Sequence record: OV876907 | Reading direction: 5' to 3' (one strand) | From: Escherichia phage UGJNEcP3 | Length of the DNA stretch: 64,000 bases | Shown here: one piece after another, positions 6,969-16,950 of the stretch | Numbering within the stretch: position 1 is the stretch's first letter | Layout: each line of letters starts with the position of its first letter | Notes under the pieces: generated by a model | Told to the model about the DNA's origin: nothing | Databases searched by the model: none | The model's input: the letters and a program-made list of their open reading frames with translations, nothing else | Program-made: the position numbers and the translations under genes

Positions 6969-9680
6969 TTAAAAGTCAAACATGTCAAATAATGTTGCTT
7001 TTTTCTCGTAGTCGATTTTAGCAGACTCGGTGAAACCGGTAAGAGGTTTGATAAAGGTCTTTTGGAACAATACGTTGTAGTCCATCCAACGGAGGACTTG
7101 GTCACGAATCTGAACTGGAAGTTCAATACCTGATGGCCATGCCATACAAGCTTCACCGAACGGGTTGCCTTCTTTAAGTGGAAGTACATATACCTTTTCA
7201 CCGTCGACGATACGTGGCATAGTCAAATCACCAGCAGAAGCACGCATGTAAGCTAAGCAACCTTTGATGTGATACGGGCATTTAGAACCAGGGAATCCAC
7301 CTTCATTATATTTCTCGATGTTGTTAGCACTGGATACTGCTGCAATGCTTACATAGTTTAGTTCGTTAAATTCCTTATTAAACTGTTTGAAATATTCTTG
7401 CAAAGAGGCCTCGCCTTCCTGAAGCATACGACGGATACATTCTTTCAGAGCTTTCTGAACTGCTTTAGGTGTACTTGATTTCTGAGTTTCGAGACCCATG
7501 ATTTTCAAGTGTGGTTCAGCATAACGAGTACCTTCCATGTCCCAAACGTTCAGTGCATAACGTTTCTTGCCTGTCCAGAATCCACCAAGACCTTTAGAAC
7601 CAAGTGGAGGTCCTGCGATAGCTTCTCGGTCCATGAACATCAAGTGCTGTTTGTTGTTCATGTATTCACACATCTCACGGAAGCCTGCATCAATAGCAGG
7701 TTCCATACGTTCACGTGCAAATTTATCTAAGAAGTCGACCCAGTGGTTAGTATCACGGAATTTTTCTTCGCCAACTTTATTGATGATGGCATCTGCCTTA
7801 ACATAAATGGAGTCAGTATCACCATAGAGCACGAACTTCTGGTTTTCAGTCTTGCACACTCTATTCAGATATTCGTTAACCTTACGTTCAATCCATTGGA
7901 GGGCCATTTGACCAAACAGTGTGATTGCAGTTGCGTTCCTGAGGTCATAATAACGGAACCATACGTTACCAAGTGCACCATAAAGGGAGTTGATAAGCAA
8001 CTTACGGTTAATCTGAGCAGTGTTACCTGCAACTTCAGTGAGCTCGGCTTTCTTCAACATTTCTCTTAAAGAAGGCCCTGACAGTGCTTTAATCTGGGCT
8101 TTGATTTCGTCAGAGAAGTCAAAACGATAATCGATATCTAGTGGACTATCAACTGAGAGATTAGGATTTTCCAATGCTTCTTTAATTAACTCACCATTAC
8201 GTTGAGCTGCAAGCATGTAACCTTTATGTTCTTTACGCTGCAAGAATACCTTGGTGATTTCTGTCGGAATCACACCTTCACGGTCTTTATAATACATCAT
8301 GCCGTTAGGAGAGCAACTGTAGGTGTCGCTAGGACGCTGAGCAGTTCCGGCAATATATTCATGTATCGGTGCGTTGGCGAATGTCCCTGCGATGGTCTCT
8401 GGGCTTATATTCACTTGCCGAATGATACTCGGGTACAGAGATGTAAGGTCAAAACTCATTACATATTTGTAAGCGTTAGGAATAGGTTCCTTAACGAAAG
8501 CACCAGGATAAGGTTGGACCACGTGTGAACGACCCTGTGGAATTACCTTGCCTTGTTCTTTAAGACTATTAAAGATAATAGCGTCCCAAGTCTTAATTGG
8601 ACTGAACACCGACTGAATCTGCATCTTGGCATAATAACCCATGTCCAAACTCAGAAGAATGAACTGACGTTTCATATCAATCTGCACTACACGATATACG
8701 TCGATAATGTTATAGGAAATATATCGTTGGTGGTTCGTCTCACGTAACTTAGAGATTGGACCATCATATTTCAACTTACCTACTTTCAATTCATATTCAG
8801 AAACATAATCCAGAGAATAAGAAGGCTGGTTGGTAAAGCTGAATTTTTTATACAGGTCGATATAATCCAGAACAGAGATACCGAACAGTGTAATAATTTC
8901 ACGAGCACCGTACATGTTCTCAATAACTTTAACACGAGTTTTACGATGCGGGCTTAATCGCTTAGCAGTGTTCTCACCGAACAGATTTTTCAGACGGTTA
9001 TAAACGTACGGCACGTCAAATGACTCAACGTTCCACCCAGTCAAAATCACAGGAGTTTTCTGTTGCCAGAAATTCAGGTACTCAAGCATCATTTCTTCTT
9101 CAGAATTAAACGAAAGATAAACGATTTTGTCAATGATTTCCTGTGGAACTTCGTCACCACCTTCGTCTTGGAGTTTCTCAGCGATTTTAATCGACCACTC
9201 TTCAACAGTACCATAAGGCGAAACTAAAAGGTCGAATACATAGAATTTATCGTCAATCGAGTCGTAGTGGGTAATGGCATCGATAGGATGTTTAGCCTGA
9301 GCTGGTTCAGGGAATCCATCAGGAGATGTTACCTCGATGTCGAAGTTAGCAATACGAATCTTAGAAGAATCATATTTGATTTCTTTACGATAGGTATCAG
9401 ACAAATAGGCTAATTTATAGTCGTCCATACCCAGGGCTTCGAGACCCATATCGTCCATACGTTTCATCCATTGGGATGCATCACGCATAGAGTCGAATTC
9501 TTTCTTAACACAACCCTTACCATAGATATCAATGTATTTTACGGCTTGCTCTGGATTGGCATGCATAAACATTGTAGGCTTGTATGGAACTTCACGACTA
9601 CGTTCGTTACCATTTTTATCGATGTAACGTTCGAGAATATTATCACCGATTTGTTCGACTGTCAAATAGAATTCTTGCAT
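6969..9680 (-). CDS. 43: DNA polymerase gp43 (family B)
   Basis: Start trimmed to MQEFYLTVEQIGD (ATG 9678-9680, SD AAGGAAA); sequence closely matches T4/RB69 gp43 as recalled (FDIEVT exonuclease motif, YGDTDS). Confidence 0.97.
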   Translation of the reverse strand: MQEFYLTVEQIGDNILERYIDKNGNERSREVPYKPTMFMHANPEQAVKYIDIYGKGCVKKEFDSMRDASQWMKRMDDMGLEALGMDDYKLAYLSDTYRKEIKYDSSKIRIANFDIEVTSPDGFPEPAQAKHPIDAITHYDSIDDKFYVFDLLVSPYGTVEEWSIKIAEKLQDEGGDEVPQEIIDKIVYLSFNSEEEMMLEYLNFWQQKTPVILTGWNVESFDVPYVYNRLKNLFGENTAKRLSPHRKTRVKVIENMYGAREIITLFGISVLDYIDLYKKFSFTNQPSYSLDYVSEYELKVGKLKYDGPISKLRETNHQRYISYNIIDVYRVVQIDMKRQFILLSLDMGYYAKMQIQSVFSPIKTWDAIIFNSLKEQGKVIPQGRSHVVQPYPGAFVKEPIPNAYKYVMSFDLTSLYPSIIRQVNISPETIAGTFANAPIHEYIAGTAQRPSDTYSCSPNGMMYYKDREGVIPTEITKVFLQRKEHKGYMLAAQRNGELIKEALENPNLSVDSPLDIDYRFDFSDEIKAQIKALSGPSLREMLKKAELTEVAGNTAQINRKLLINSLYGALGNVWFRYYDLRNATAITLFGQMALQWIERKVNEYLNRVCKTENQKFVLYGDTDSIYVKADAIINKVGEEKFRDTNHWVDFLDKFARERMEPAIDAGFREMCEYMNNKQHLMFMDREAIAGPPLGSKGLGGFWTGKKRYALNVWDMEGTRYAEPHLKIMGLETQKSSTPKAVQKALKECIRRMLQEGEASLQEYFKQFNKEFNELNYVSIAAVSSANNIEKYNEGGFPGSKCPYHIKGCLAYMRASAGDLTMPRIVDGEKVYVLPLKEGNPFGEACMAWPSGIELPVQIRDQVLRWMDYNVLFQKTFIKPLTGFTESAKIDYEKKATLFDMFDF

Positions 9681-9724
9681 TTCATTTCCTTTATAGACGA
9701 GTGATTGTCTTTTGTTTGTTGATG

Positions 9725-9765
9725 AATCATTATACTCCAAAAGGGACCGAAGTCCCTTTGCTTAA
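9725..9765 (-). promoter_or_regulatory. Stem-loop (UUCG tetraloop, U-tract) followed by GGAGTATAAT element upstream of gene 43
   Basis: Minus strand AAGGGAC-TTCG-GTCCCTTTTGGAGTATAATG; terminator-like hairpin immediately followed by a -10 hexamer. Confidence 0.45.
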
Positions 9766-9977
9766 ATTTCTATTGTTTGACGTTTAATGGTTGAATTACC
9801 ATCTTCGTCTTTAGTTTTAATCATAGCCTGGAAGACTTGCTGACCGGGGTGTAGTAACTTTTGGAGGTCCTTTTGAAATTCTATTTGGAGCTCTTCGGAA
9901 AGGTCAAAAATCGTTTGAGTTGGAGAAAGTCCGTATACCTCTTTAAGACGTTCACACGTTTCAATTTCAAGAATCAT
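9762..9977 (-). CDS. Hypothetical small protein between regA and 43
   Basis: 71 aa from an internal ATG just after the regA stop; the longer ORF-track version overlaps regA. Uncertain. Confidence 0.3.
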   Translation of the reverse strand: MILEIETCERLKEVYGLSPTQTIFDLSEELQIEFQKDLQKLLHPGQQVFQAMIKTKDEDGNSTIKRQTIEI

Positions 9978-9978
9978 A

Positions 9979-10341
9979 TTAATTACCAATGGTATACTTA
10001 GACAGTAGTTCCCAGTCATTTTTCTGCTTAAAGGAAATGACACGGAAGTTATTGGTGATTTCGAACAGCTCAGAGTCGTCTACGATATCAATCAGTCCCC
10101 ACTCCTTAAGAAGCTGAGCAATTGAATCTCGACGTTGATAGTCTTCACCATCGATATCAACCTGGCGGCCATCCATACGTAACATCTCTTTAAAGTGGAC
10201 GATATAATATAGCCCTTGCTTTTGCAAAATGTGACAAGATTGATATAGTTTCTTTTCTTTATTATTAGCGATACCCATACGAGTTAGGGTCTCTTTCACT
10301 TTCAAGAAGTCTTCAGGTTGTTTCAGAGTAATTTCAATCAT
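9979..10341 (-). CDS. regA: Translational repressor RegA
   Basis: 120 aa, MIEITLKQPEDFLKVKETLTRMGIANNK; near-identical to T4 RegA as recalled. Confidence 0.95.
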   Translation of the reverse strand: MIEITLKQPEDFLKVKETLTRMGIANNKEKKLYQSCHILQKQGLYYIVHFKEMLRMDGRQVDIDGEDYQRRDSIAQLLKEWGLIDIVDDSELFEITNNFRVISFKQKNDWELLSKYTIGN

Positions 10342-10347
10342 TTTAAT

Positions 10348-10920
10348 TTACCATTCCAATGCTTTCTTTTTCAAGTCTTTTTGTTCTTTAACATTTTTAG
10401 TTACGGATTTCAGGAATTCGTCCGTAACCAACCCTTTCATCTTCTTAAGCACCGCCGGAAGATGGCCTTTAATTTTATAAGTCTCGAGATAACGATAAGC
10501 GTCATCATTATTAATTGAATGGTATTTCATCAATAAACGAGTAATAAAAACTACACTAACTTCATCATCATGGGCCTTAGCCCATTTACCAAATCTCTTA
10601 CCCTTAGGAACCGCGTGTAAAAGATAGTTAAAATGACTTTGGTCATCAAGTTTCAAACAGTTAACCATTGCAGCTTGCATAATGCAATCCACATGTTGGC
10701 TCAAACTATTATCGAGCCAAAATTGATTGTAGTTTTCCGACTGAGCCAAGTTACGTTGGTTCTTACCATATGTGATATCGTTCATAATGGCGAACAATTC
10801 GTTTTCAGCCTTTTCTTTAAATGAATCGGCCAAGGCTTGAATAGCCGCATCGTTACGTTGTTTCCAAGCAACTTCATGTTCGTTCAGTTCAACGTCATCA
10901 TCAAAAAGACTTATAGCCAT
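10348..10920 (-). CDS. 62: Clamp-loader small subunit gp62
   Basis: 190 aa; matches T4 gp62 along its length (LNEHQVAW, AVPKGKRFGKWAK, KNVKEQKDLKKKALEW). Confidence 0.9.
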   Translation of the reverse strand: MAISLFDDDVELNEHEVAWKQRNDAAIQALADSFKEKAENELFAIMNDITYGKNQRNLAQSENYNQFWLDNSLSQHVDCIMQAAMVNCLKLDDQSHFNYLLHAVPKGKRFGKWAKAHDDEVSVVFITRLLMKYHSINNDDAYRYLETYKIKGHLPAVLKKMKGLVTDEFLKSVTKNVKEQKDLKKKALEW

Positions 10921-11870
10921 TGGAGCTCCAGAGCAAGTTGGATGAACAGATAAGTCATGTGAATTTCTGGGTTAGCAGCAATACCATGGTATTGGTTATT
11001 TTCACCGACAATTTCATACATTCTAACAATGCTTGGCCCAGGCAATTTACCATAGAGTTCGTTAGCCAATGTCATAATAAAGTTGGCATAATCATTGACA
11101 TGGCGTGGGGCTAATGCACGGAGTTCTTTAAAGTTTTTATCTTTAAGTGCAGCCACTACTTCATCGATAGGCGAATTGGTATTCATTACAATACTCAAAA
11201 TGCCTGAATCGATTTTACCACCGGACGAGTAACGGTCTAGTTGGTTAACTGTTTTACGGAAGTCAGGAAAGTTTTGTTTAACTAAAGCAGCAATAACTTT
11301 AAGGTCTTCGACTTCGATATTTTCGTTTTTACAGATTGCTACAGCACGATGAATCATTTCTTTCATCATGTTTGTTTGGTCGGCCGGAGTGGCTTCACCA
11401 AATTTAATAACACGACAACGGGACTGAAGTGGACCGATAATACCATCAATATTGTTCGCTGTAATAATTACAGAACAGTTTGAGGAATAGGCTTCTAAGA
11501 ACGAACGAAGGTGACGTTGAGCTTCAGCAACACCGGCCCGGTCGAATTCGTCGATAACAATTACCTTACGCTTACCTTCGATAGATTTAGAAGATGCAAA
11601 ACGAGTAAGTTCATTACGAACGAAATCAATACGGCAGTCAGAACCGTTAACAAAAAGCATATCTGAATTTGTATCAGCACACAATGCTTTAGCTACGGTA
11701 GTTTTGCCAGTGCCTGGTGAAGCAGAGACTAGGATAATGTTAGGGATTAGGCCCTTATTAACAATGGCTTGGAGAGTTTCTTTATCATGAGCAGGCAGAA
11801 TACATTCAGATAAAGTACCCGGACGATATTTCTGCTCGAACATGAATTCATTATTATTTACTGTAAGCAT
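10911..11870 (-). CDS. 44: Clamp-loader large subunit gp44 (AAA+)
   Basis: 319 aa; Walker A SPGTGKTT, VIVIDEFD, SRC motif; close match to T4 gp44. Confidence 0.95.
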   Translation of the reverse strand: MLTVNNNEFMFEQKYRPGTLSECILPAHDKETLQAIVNKGLIPNIILVSASPGTGKTTVAKALCADTNSDMLFVNGSDCRIDFVRNELTRFASSKSIEGKRKVIVIDEFDRAGVAEAQRHLRSFLEAYSSNCSVIITANNIDGIIGPLQSRCRVIKFGEATPADQTNMMKEMIHRAVAICKNENIEVEDLKVIAALVKQNFPDFRKTVNQLDRYSSGGKIDSGILSIVMNTNSPIDEVVAALKDKNFKELRALAPRHVNDYANFIMTLANELYGKLPGPSIVRMYEIVGENNQYHGIAANPEIHMTYLFIQLALELQWL

Positions 11871-11931
11871 ATTAATTTCCTCAGGTTTGTTTTTACATTA
11901 TACTCCAAGGGAGGATATTCCTCCCTATGCT

Positions 11932-12630
11932 TTAGAACGAGTGGCTTGAGCCTGCTTCCATAGCCAATACATAAGAAGCTTGTGAACCTTCAAACTTGGC
12001 TGCGAAACGAGCATCCTGACCTTCACCACGAGCCCATAGCAATACATGGTAATCAGCCGGCATCATTTTCATATTGGTTTTGTTAATGATGAACTTAAAG
12101 TCAGGGCCATCATGGTCTGCAACCACTAAGGAATACAATGGACGTGCCAGGTCCTTATCATCAACTTGTTTGTAGCCATTGATTACAATTTTACCATTGT
12201 CTACAGTAATAGCAAATGTATCAATACCCAGACCGGAGGACACACGCATCAACTGTTGGTAATCTTCGGCTTTAAGGTCAAAAATAACTTCAGCCACTGG
12301 GAACGGAATAGCTTTGCTTGGGAATGCTATTGTGCTTGGGTCGGCAATAGGCCACTTAATAGTTGAACGTTGGTCTTTAATAATTAAGGTGGTTTGGTCT
12401 TCACTTACCGAAACTTCAGCACTTTCAGATACTAAAGACAGAATACTTAAGAAGCCGTTCAAATCATAAATTGCAGCTTCGATATCAAAGGTATCACTTA
12501 CAGTAGCTTCACCATAACTTGCACCTGTTACTGAACGGGTTAGAATAGTGTTACCAGGTTTAAGCATGATACCTGGGTTAATACCGGAGAAGTTTTTCAG
12601 AATGTTCAGAGTTTCTTTAGAGAATTTCAT
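11932..12630 (-). CDS. 45: Sliding clamp gp45
   Basis: 232 aa; close match to T4 gp45 along its length. Confidence 0.95.
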   Translation of the reverse strand: MKFSKETLNILKNFSGINPGIMLKPGNTILTRSVTGASYGEATVSDTFDIEAAIYDLNGFLSILSLVSESAEVSVSEDQTTLIIKDQRSTIKWPIADPSTIAFPSKAIPFPVAEVIFDLKAEDYQQLMRVSSGLGIDTFAITVDNGKIVINGYKQVDDKDLARPLYSLVVADHDGPDFKFIINKTNMKMMPADYHVLLWARGEGQDARFAAKFEGSQASYVLAMEAGSSHSF

Positions 12631-12654
12631 AATGTTTCCTTATCAAGACAAAAA

Positions 12655-13083
12655 TTAAGCAATAACGATCATTTGTTTACGAATGGATTCAGGCAGAGAT
12701 TCAATATACTCTGGAATCTGGGAAGCAACAATAGCACCGGCTTCAAGCAGTTGTTCGTCAAAATCTACGCAATAATCATCTTCGAGACGTTCAGAACCAT
12801 CACGGTCGATAACCAGTTTAGCACCTGCGGCCAGCGAATCGTTATAATGACGACGCATGATTTCTACCCACTTATCGGATACGTCGTTATCAATGATACC
12901 GTAGAGCATGAACTTGGTTTCTTGTGGAAGAGACTGCAGACGACGTGCAGAGTCGGTATCAATATTCAGTACCCATGATTTACGAATACGGTTTTGATTG
13001 TGTGGGTTGGAATCGGTACGAATGGTTTTAACTTGGATATCTTTAACAGTAATAGCGTTAGCAAACATAATATTTTCTCTCAT
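12655..13083 (-). CDS. rpbA: RpbA-like RNA-polymerase-binding protein (by position)
   Basis: 142 aa ORF between 45 and 46 as in T4; sequence itself not recognised; true start may be the internal MFANAITVK. Confidence 0.45.
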   Translation of the reverse strand: MRENIMFANAITVKDIQVKTIRTDSNPHNQNRIRKSWVLNIDTDSARRLQSLPQETKFMLYGIIDNDVSDKWVEIMRRHYNDSLAAGAKLVIDRDGSERLEDDYCVDFDEQLLEAGAIVASQIPEYIESLPESIRKQMIVIA

Positions 13084-13124
13084 TTGGTTGGTAAATGTAT
13101 TATAAATCTATATTTTAAAGCAAT

Positions 13125-13316
13125 TTAATCAAAGTACTCGTAGACAAACCATGCCGGATTTCTATTTGACATGATTTTATCATATTCTGACTTAAAAGCA
13201 TTTCGGAGATATTCTTCAGTAACAAGATGCTCATCTCCAGAGAAGTTGTTAACTAAAACGTATCTCTTTATTTCTGGAAAGGCCAACAAATGCTGGCCTG
13301 TTATAAAATCACTCAT
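13125..13316 (-). CDS. Hypothetical protein (45.2-like position)
   Basis: 63 aa ORF on the transcribed strand. Confidence 0.45.
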   Translation of the reverse strand: MSDFITGQHLLAFPEIKRYVLVNNFSGDEHLVTEEYLRNAFKSEYDKIMSNRNPAWFVYEYFD

Positions 13317-13999
13317 TATGAAGCATCCTTTAATTTACAATTATCAAAGTGCCATCGTTTCATAATGTTGTTAGAGCCAATTTTATCACAATATGGGCAC
13401 TTTACAGTTGGTCTGCTTTTAGCTTTTGCAGATTGTTTGCTTTTCATAGCCTGTTTTGCTTCGTCAGACCTAGAATTAAGGGCTATAGAAATTTTATCCC
13501 TTGTTTCTTGGCTATGAGTTTTTCCGAACATAGGGTTGTTCTCAGGCAAATATGTACCATTTCTTATATTACTCTGACGAATTTTTTCTATATGTTCTTT
13601 AGATTTATTTCTTAGCTCTAGGCATTTAGATTTCTTTCTAGTTTTAAAAAGGTTTTCATAAAATGAATACGGTCTATTTTTAGCAGCTATACTCTGTTTA
13701 AGTCTGGTTTCCTCTTTTATAAAAGGTGCGGCATTACCTCCTAAAGAAATATTATATGTAAGAGGGTTCTTTATAAATTCCTCATTGACTATAATTCTTT
13801 CCATTTGGATAGCCTCTTCTCTGGTATCAAAATTATAAAGTATTTCCTTTCTATGATTTTCCAAACCATATTTTTTAATAGAAGCTTTAATATATAAACC
13901 AGAGCCCATATACGAATCTTTAATATTTTCAGTACTATGTATCCCTACATAGTACTTATTATTAACTAAATTTATTATTTTGTAAACAAGATGTCTCAT
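13316..13999 (-). CDS. GIY-YIG homing endonuclease (Seg-like)
   Basis: 227 aa; N-terminal YKIINLVNNKYYVGIHS...GSG GIY-YIG signature, basic C-terminal DNA-binding region with CPYC; AT-rich gene inserted between 45.2 and 46. Confidence 0.85.
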   Translation of the reverse strand: MRHLVYKIINLVNNKYYVGIHSTENIKDSYMGSGLYIKASIKKYGLENHRKEILYNFDTREEAIQMERIIVNEEFIKNPLTYNISLGGNAAPFIKEETRLKQSIAAKNRPYSFYENLFKTRKKSKCLELRNKSKEHIEKIRQSNIRNGTYLPENNPMFGKTHSQETRDKISIALNSRSDEAKQAMKSKQSAKAKSRPTVKCPYCDKIGSNNIMKRWHFDNCKLKDAS

Positions 14000-15681
14000 T
14001 ATTCTAATACTGTAAAGCGGCCAACCTTCTTCATTTGTAAATGTTGTCCATACGATTGTGGGTCATGGTCTTTGTGTGAAATTATAAAGACATTAGAATC
14101 TTCCAAAGAATTTATAATATTTGATACACCTTTAATACCTTCTGCATCAAAACTTCCATCAAAGACCTCATCAAGAATAAGAGTAGATATATTAATGCCT
14201 GAAACCTTTGAAGCAATATCTCGCCAGGTAAATAACAGAGCCACATCTATTCTAGACTTTTCACCTTCACTAAATGAAGCATAACTAAAGTCTTCGCGTC
14301 CACGCGACTTAATCGTCTCATTGAACTCTTCGTCAAGAGAAAAACTATAATCCGCCTCTAACATCTTCAAATAAGAATTTATTTGCTTATTAAAGATAGG
14401 AATGTATTTCTTAATAATGGAACCTTTAATACCAGTGTCCTTCAACATTTCTGTCAGAATTCCACGGTGATATTTTTCCATTACCAATGACGATTTGGTA
14501 GAGACGATTTTATCAAGCTCTGCTTGAAGCGTGGCAATCTCTTCGGCATTACTTACGAACTCTGCAGCCGCTTGGTCAATTAATACTTTAACCTTTTTAG
14601 CTTTCTCGACAGCAGTAATGGCTTGCTGCTTATGAGTAGCTATCTGAGATTTAATAGCCAGCGCTTTATTACGTTGCTCGGTTACTTGGTCTTTAATAAG
14701 TTTGAGCTCTTGGTACTGCTCATTAATCTTATCCAAAGATTTTTGAAGCTCAAAGTTCTTATCCTTAATTTTAGTAAGGATGTTCCCATGTTCTTCCAAT
14801 CCTTGCATACATGTAGGGCAGTGACCACCTGTTTCGTATAACTTAACCACCTTTGTAAAGGTTGCCATATCATTTTTGATTGCAAACCCTTTATTACTCA
14901 GGTCACTCATGGAGTCGCTAGGGTCATCATCTACGATAACATTGAGTAATTCATCAGTCAGGAATTCTATGCTCGCTTTCGCAGTCCTGGCTTCTTTAAC
15001 GAGCTCATCATACATTAATTGTAGTCGTGCCGCATTCTCGCCGGATAATTTACGCTGACGCTCTTCGTTGTCATTATAAATTTTAATTTGCTGGGTAATA
15101 GAATCCTGTTTAACGTCTATCACCTGGATTTGGCTATTAGTCTCACGAATCAAAGATTTGTTCAACTTATCCATATCCGCTAATACAGAAACCTCTAAAA
15201 GGTCTTCCACCAGCTTTCGACGCGCTGGGGTTGACAAACCCATGAAGGGGGTATACCCTGCCGTGCCAAGAACGACAATCTGTTTGAAGCTTGCATAGGA
15301 CATTCCGATAAGCTGTTCAAATTCTGCTTGGAAGTCTTTACTGCTGGCAGATTCATCAAGACGTTCACCGCCACAAGAGATTTCAAAAACGTTCGGTTTT
15401 TGTCCGCGTTTGATATAGTATTCTTTGCCATCGTATTCCATCCACAGTTCGACCAAAAGGTCTTTCTTGTTACTTGAGTTAATCAACTGCCCTTTCTTAA
15501 CATCACGAAAAGGCTTACCGAACAGAGCAAATGTTACAGCTTCAAGGAATGTTGATTTCCCTGCACCATTTTTACCAGTGACTAAGGTCTTTTGGACCTT
15601 ATCAAGTTGGATTGTAATGGGCTGCTGCCCGACCGACATAATATTTTTATACGTTACTTTCTTTAACTTAAAAGTCTTCAT
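13999..15681 (-). CDS. 46: Recombination endonuclease subunit gp46 (SbcC/Rad50-like)
   Basis: Start trimmed to MKTFKLKKVTYKNIMSVGQ; Walker A GKNGAGKST; close match to T4 gp46. Confidence 0.93.
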   Translation of the reverse strand: MKTFKLKKVTYKNIMSVGQQPITIQLDKVQKTLVTGKNGAGKSTFLEAVTFALFGKPFRDVKKGQLINSSNKKDLLVELWMEYDGKEYYIKRGQKPNVFEISCGGERLDESASSKDFQAEFEQLIGMSYASFKQIVVLGTAGYTPFMGLSTPARRKLVEDLLEVSVLADMDKLNKSLIRETNSQIQVIDVKQDSITQQIKIYNDNEERQRKLSGENAARLQLMYDELVKEARTAKASIEFLTDELLNVIVDDDPSDSMSDLSNKGFAIKNDMATFTKVVKLYETGGHCPTCMQGLEEHGNILTKIKDKNFELQKSLDKINEQYQELKLIKDQVTEQRNKALAIKSQIATHKQQAITAVEKAKKVKVLIDQAAAEFVSNAEEIATLQAELDKIVSTKSSLVMEKYHRGILTEMLKDTGIKGSIIKKYIPIFNKQINSYLKMLEADYSFSLDEEFNETIKSRGREDFSYASFSEGEKSRIDVALLFTWRDIASKVSGINISTLILDEVFDGSFDAEGIKGVSNIINSLEDSNVFIISHKDHDPQSYGQHLQMKKVGRFTVLE

Positions 15682-15931
15682 CGTTATAAGCATCCTTGAT
15701 GCATGATTCAGCCATATGAATTAATGTTTCTGGAGTATCATCTACCATTACATTAAAGCTAAATTCTACAGCCCAATCGGTAGCAACATAAACTTTAATA
15801 AGCTCGCCGGTATCACGAGTGCTCACGGCTTCAAACCAGAACTTAATTGTACTAGGTTGACCATCATCATCAATAACTATACAGTCGTGTTCCAGTTCAA
15901 GTCCCGATTTTTTGAATTCATCTAAAGTCAT
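15668..15931 (-). CDS. Hypothetical protein between 47 and 46
   Basis: 87 aa ORF overlapping both neighbours by a few bases. Confidence 0.45.
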   Translation of the reverse strand: MTLDEFKKSGLELEHDCIVIDDDGQPSTIKFWFEAVSTRDTGELIKVYVATDWAVEFSFNVMVDDTPETLIHMAESCIKDAYNDEDF

Positions 15932-16950
15932 CGTGTAACCTCATTATAAAGTTGTGCAGCCATAGTCTTAAGGGCTTTAACATCGGCTTCAGTGTGGCCA
16001 TCAGGAAGGGCATCGATATAATCATACATCATATCCAAGAGGGATTTAACTTCGTCTTCCTCTTCAGAATCATCAATATCAACACTATTATCTACCTTAG
16101 ACACAATACGTAAAGAGTGAACAACCTTTTCAAGCTCTGATTCGAACTTAGTAAGACCGTCATCGATTTTATCGACTATAACACGAACTGCGATATTTGT
16201 AAAATCTTTGTAATCGATAGTCTCGTTAGGATAATGAATCTTACGATGCCAACAGGTTTCATTAATGATGAAATCCATTTTATGAGTTTCGGTATCGAAA
16301 ATCCAGAAACCACGAGGGTCGTTCTCATCGCCTGCAGTAAGGGTCCATGGCGTACCAATGTACTTGACGTTTGCTGCATCAGAAATGGTGTGGAAGTGGC
16401 CAGACCATACTTGCTTATACTTCTTAAGGAAATCAGGTTCTAAACCATGTGATTTCATTCCTTTATAGAAATAGAAACCATTTAATTCCCAGTGGCCAAT
16501 ACAGAAATCTGCCGTGGTATTTTTGATATGGTCCATGATATCAGTGGTGTTTTCTTCACACATCCATGGAATCAAATCAATTTCGGTGCCATCAAAGTTA
16601 ACCGTAGTAGGTTTCTCAATAACCTTGATATGGTCATATTTACCCAGAACTTCAGAAGCTGCGTTCGGCGTCAGGGTATTTTTGTAGTGGGCATCATGGT
16701 TACCAACGACCGTATACATGGTAATGCCACTTTCTTTAAGCAAATCAGAGATTTCGCGAGCGAATTCCATACACTTATGGGTAATTGCTTTACGAACGTC
16801 AAAGATATCACCGTATTGAATCCACACGGTAATACCATTTGCTTTAGAATAATTGATAGCGTCTTGGATACCTTGACGTTGGATATTTTGTACCCACACA
16901 TCATCGGCCTTCACTCCAAGGTGCCAGTCACCTGTGTTTAATATTTTCAT
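15928..16950 (-). CDS. 47: Recombination endonuclease subunit gp47 (SbcD/Mre11-like)
   Basis: Start trimmed to MKILNTGDWHLG (the ORF-track start is a TTG extension); phosphoesterase motifs GDWH, GNHD. Confidence 0.93.
   Translation of the reverse strand: MKILNTGDWHLGVKADDVWVQNIQRQGIQDAINYSKANGITVWIQYGDIFDVRKAITHKCMEFAREISDLLKESGITMYTVVGNHDAHYKNTLTPNAASEVLGKYDHIKVIEKPTTVNFDGTEIDLIPWMCEENTTDIMDHIKNTTADFCIGHWELNGFYFYKGMKSHGLEPDFLKKYKQVWSGHFHTISDAANVKYIGTPWTLTAGDENDPRGFWIFDTETHKMDFIINETCWHRKIHYPNETIDYKDFTNIAVRVIVDKIDDGLTKFESELEKVVHSLRIVSKVDNSVDIDDSEEEDEVKSLLDMMYDYIDALPDGHTEADVKALKTMAAQLYNEVTR

Noticed and set aside
6917-7201. Minus-strand ORFs in alternative frames inside larger genes (6917-7201, 630-860, 2944-3177, 4969-5199, 5437-5715, 14682-14885, 15195-15431, 16176-16379, 16671-16904, 18258-18455, 19559-19741, 26771-26953, 28956-29195, 41767-42003, 43299-43481, 48136-48381, 52300-52485).
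   Set aside because: Fully nested in a different frame of a confidently identified gene; low-complexity translations.
7509-8747. Plus-strand ORFs inside gene 43 (7509-7730, 7567-7806, 7743-8069, 8202-8528, 8553-8747), and similar plus-strand ORFs elsewhere in 1-55500 (e.g. 757-975, 3053-3280, 12673-12978, 16492-16941, 30420-30974, 38885-39244, 39347-39823, 42047-42394).
   Set aside because: All lie antisense within well-supported minus-strand genes, have no ribosome-binding sites and show no recognisable features; typical shadow ORFs.
9681-9740. ORF-track N-terminal extensions (gene 43 MEYNDSS..., gene 47 MHCDNG..., gene 46 MLIT..., denV MENTK..., nudE MTWICS..., AAA+ ATPase MGLVQ...).
   Set aside because: The track appears to open ORFs at non-ATG codons or the farthest start; homolog N-termini, Shine-Dalgarno positions and promoters lying inside the extensions indicate the shorter starts.
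9762-10043. Full-length 93 aa ORF overlapping the 3' end of regA.
   Set aside because: Its first 22 codons overlap regA in another frame; only the shorter version starting at the internal ATG (9762-9977) is plausible, and even that is low confidence.
12640-12662. TTGCTTAA MotA-box-like sequence upstream of gene 45.
   Set aside because: No usable -10 element at the required spacing and the leader would be only a few nucleotides.
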